Source of the DNA: Macrostomum lignano
Lineage: Eukaryota
Length of the DNA stretch: 64,000 nucleotides
Assembly (NCBI GenBank): GCA_002269645.1
Contig: NIVC01000976.1
Coordinates: forward strand, 1 to 64,000
Reading direction: 5' to 3'
Position numbers and translations under genes: made by a program. Of the stretch, positions 62,193 to 64,000 are shown one piece after another. The notes under the pieces were generated by a model. The model did not search any database. It was not told the origin of the DNA and was given only the letters and a program-made list of their open reading frames with translations. The first letter of the stretch is position 1; the number at the start of each line of letters is the position of its first letter.

Positions 62193-64000
62193 TCCCTCTT
62201 CCTTTCAATCTTGAGACTGATACCTCTCCGGCGATCTTCGCATTCGCTGAGGGTATCTGCGATCCGCCATCGGTTGATCCTCAGCACTTGGAGGTTCTCT
62301 CACTGGCTCATTCGTTGCCTCGGCTCTGTCCCTGACATGGTCACGGTGCACGACCAGATCTCGTCCTTGCTCGTCCCGCACTCGTCTCAACTGTTCGCCG
62401 ACAGCTTCGCGCAGCACTCCTTCCCTCCACTCCTTATTAAACGGATCCTGGACCCAGACTGGGCTGTAGGCTTGGTCAATCCGCTTGTCTTGAAAGGACC
62501 GACGGTGCAGCAGTGAGAGTCTCGTGTTGAACTTGCGCCCAAACATTTCTCGGCACGGCGCGACTCCGTTGGCTCTTGGGCAGACTTGCACCGCGTACAA
62601 AGCCTGTTGCATCCGAACCTCCGGATCTGGGTCATTCAGCTGCTTCAGCTTGGTCTTCAGTTTTTTCACTGCAGCCTCTGCTACGCCATTTGATGCGGGG
62701 TGGTAGCGGGGAGACTTCAGGTGTAACACTCCCATCCGCTTCAGCCAGGCCTCCGTCTCATGCGCCACAAACTGTCGTCCGTTGTCAGTGACTAGTACAT
62801 CTGGGATGCCAAAGTTGCAAAATGCTCTGCGGAGTACTCTGATGACTGACGTTGCATCGATTTCGCGCACCCATTCGGCAGCGATGAATCCCGTCTTGGC
62901 GTCTGAAACCACCAGAAAGTTGCTTCCATCCAGTTGTCCCAGGTCAGCGTGCACTCGGCACCAAGCCTCCTTTGGTACTGGTCATGGTTTGAGCACCGAT
63001 TTCTGGGATGGTCTCATGCGCTGGCACGTGTGACATTTCGAAACGCACTTTTCTATCTCTGTCTCCATTAGCGGCCACCAGACATACTGGCGGGCCCACG
63101 CCTTCATGGCTTGCATTCCGGGATGGGAACAGTGGAGAAATTGGATGACTTGCGCTCGGAACTTCACCAGGATGACGATCCGATGGTCCAGTAGCAGTAG
63201 ATGGTCGCTGCAATTCAGTCTGCACTGTACTCTTCTGTATGAGTCCGGCACGTCCTCACCAGATCGCAACCTCTGTAGAACGTCTTGGATCTCCTTGTCC
63301 TCCTTGGACGCCTGCTCGATCTGATCCTTCGTGACTGGTCCATCTTCTGACAGGGCGATGTCCACCGCAGCAACTTCGTTAACCGCTTCAGTCGCCGTTT
63401 TGTCGCTCCAGTTATTGCCGTCAGTTGGTAGTCTCGACAACGCATCGGCATGAGGAATTTCGTGCGTTCTTTTGCCTCTGACTAGGTACTGGTACGTAGC
63501 CAGCAACTCAGCCCAGCGCTGAACTCTCTTACTTGCTCTCTCGGGCAGGTCTTTGTGTGATGCGAATAAGAATTCTAGAGGCTTGTGATCGGTCACAATC
63601 ACAAAACTCCGATAAGCTAGGAATCGATTTTGCTTCTTGACGCACCAGACCACTCCGAGGGCTTCTCGTTCTAGCTGGCTGTATCGCGACTCCGCAGGTG
63701 TGAGTTTCTTGGACACAAACGCTACAGGCCTTCCATTCTGCTCCAGCACTCCTCCAATGCCGTAGGGCGATGCATCTGTAGTCAGAGTTAGCTCCTTACT
63801 TGGATCGTACGGCGCTAGCACCTGCCTTGATGTAATTTCCTGCTTCAATTGCATCACGGCCTTCGTGTGTTCTTGTTGCCATGTCCAGCTGACATCTTTC
63901 TTCAGCAGGTTATACAGAATGGTAGTCTTCGTGGCCACTTGCGGGATGAACGGCGCATAGAAATTTATCAGTCCCAGAAATGTTCTCAACTCTTCCTGGT
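61960..64000 (-). mobile_element. Ty3/Gypsy LTR retrotransposon, 3' part (RT end, RNase H, integrase, PPT, LTR), cut by the window edge
   Basis: Motifs are FLGLINFY, DASPYGIGGVL, YSQLEREAL, TDHKPL, ADALSRLP, integrase HHCC (H..HPG...WW...C..C) and core HAD...DNGRQF...SNGVAE. The two ORFs are in the same frame, separated by one TGA at 62984-62982. Confidence 0.95.

Overview
This is eukaryotic (invertebrate animal) genomic DNA with GT-AG introns, GC-rich exons and introns filled with minisatellites. The style suggests a flatworm such as Macrostomum, but that is inference only. There are no prokaryotic features and no CRISPR. Host genes: the 3' end of a p120/delta-catenin-family gene ending in DSWV (373-2728, +); a ZNF474-like C2HC zinc-finger gene (6386-8892, +); a secreted mucin/TSP1 gene with duplicated and partly dead exon modules and downstream Kunitz remnants (about 10.2-19.5 kb, -); a complete 4-exon WDR12/YTM1 (20887-24403, -); an unidentified multi-exon gene that may be a beta-propeller (30960-about 36120, -); and a Mab-21/cGAS-like nucleotidyltransferase with an intact catalytic motif directly downstream of an ankyrin-repeat ORF (37299-40322, -). 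Mobile DNA: a 2.35-kb TTAA-flanked foldback element whose empty site is present in a paralogous exon; an apparently intact 6.8-kb EnSpm/CACTA-type transposon with a 766-aa transposase and a spliced BEN-like ORF2; a deleted mariner; RTE-like and R1/LOA-like LINE fragments; a MULE-like remnant; possible solo LTRs; and the 3' half of a Gypsy element. All alignments, translations and coordinates were worked out by eye.
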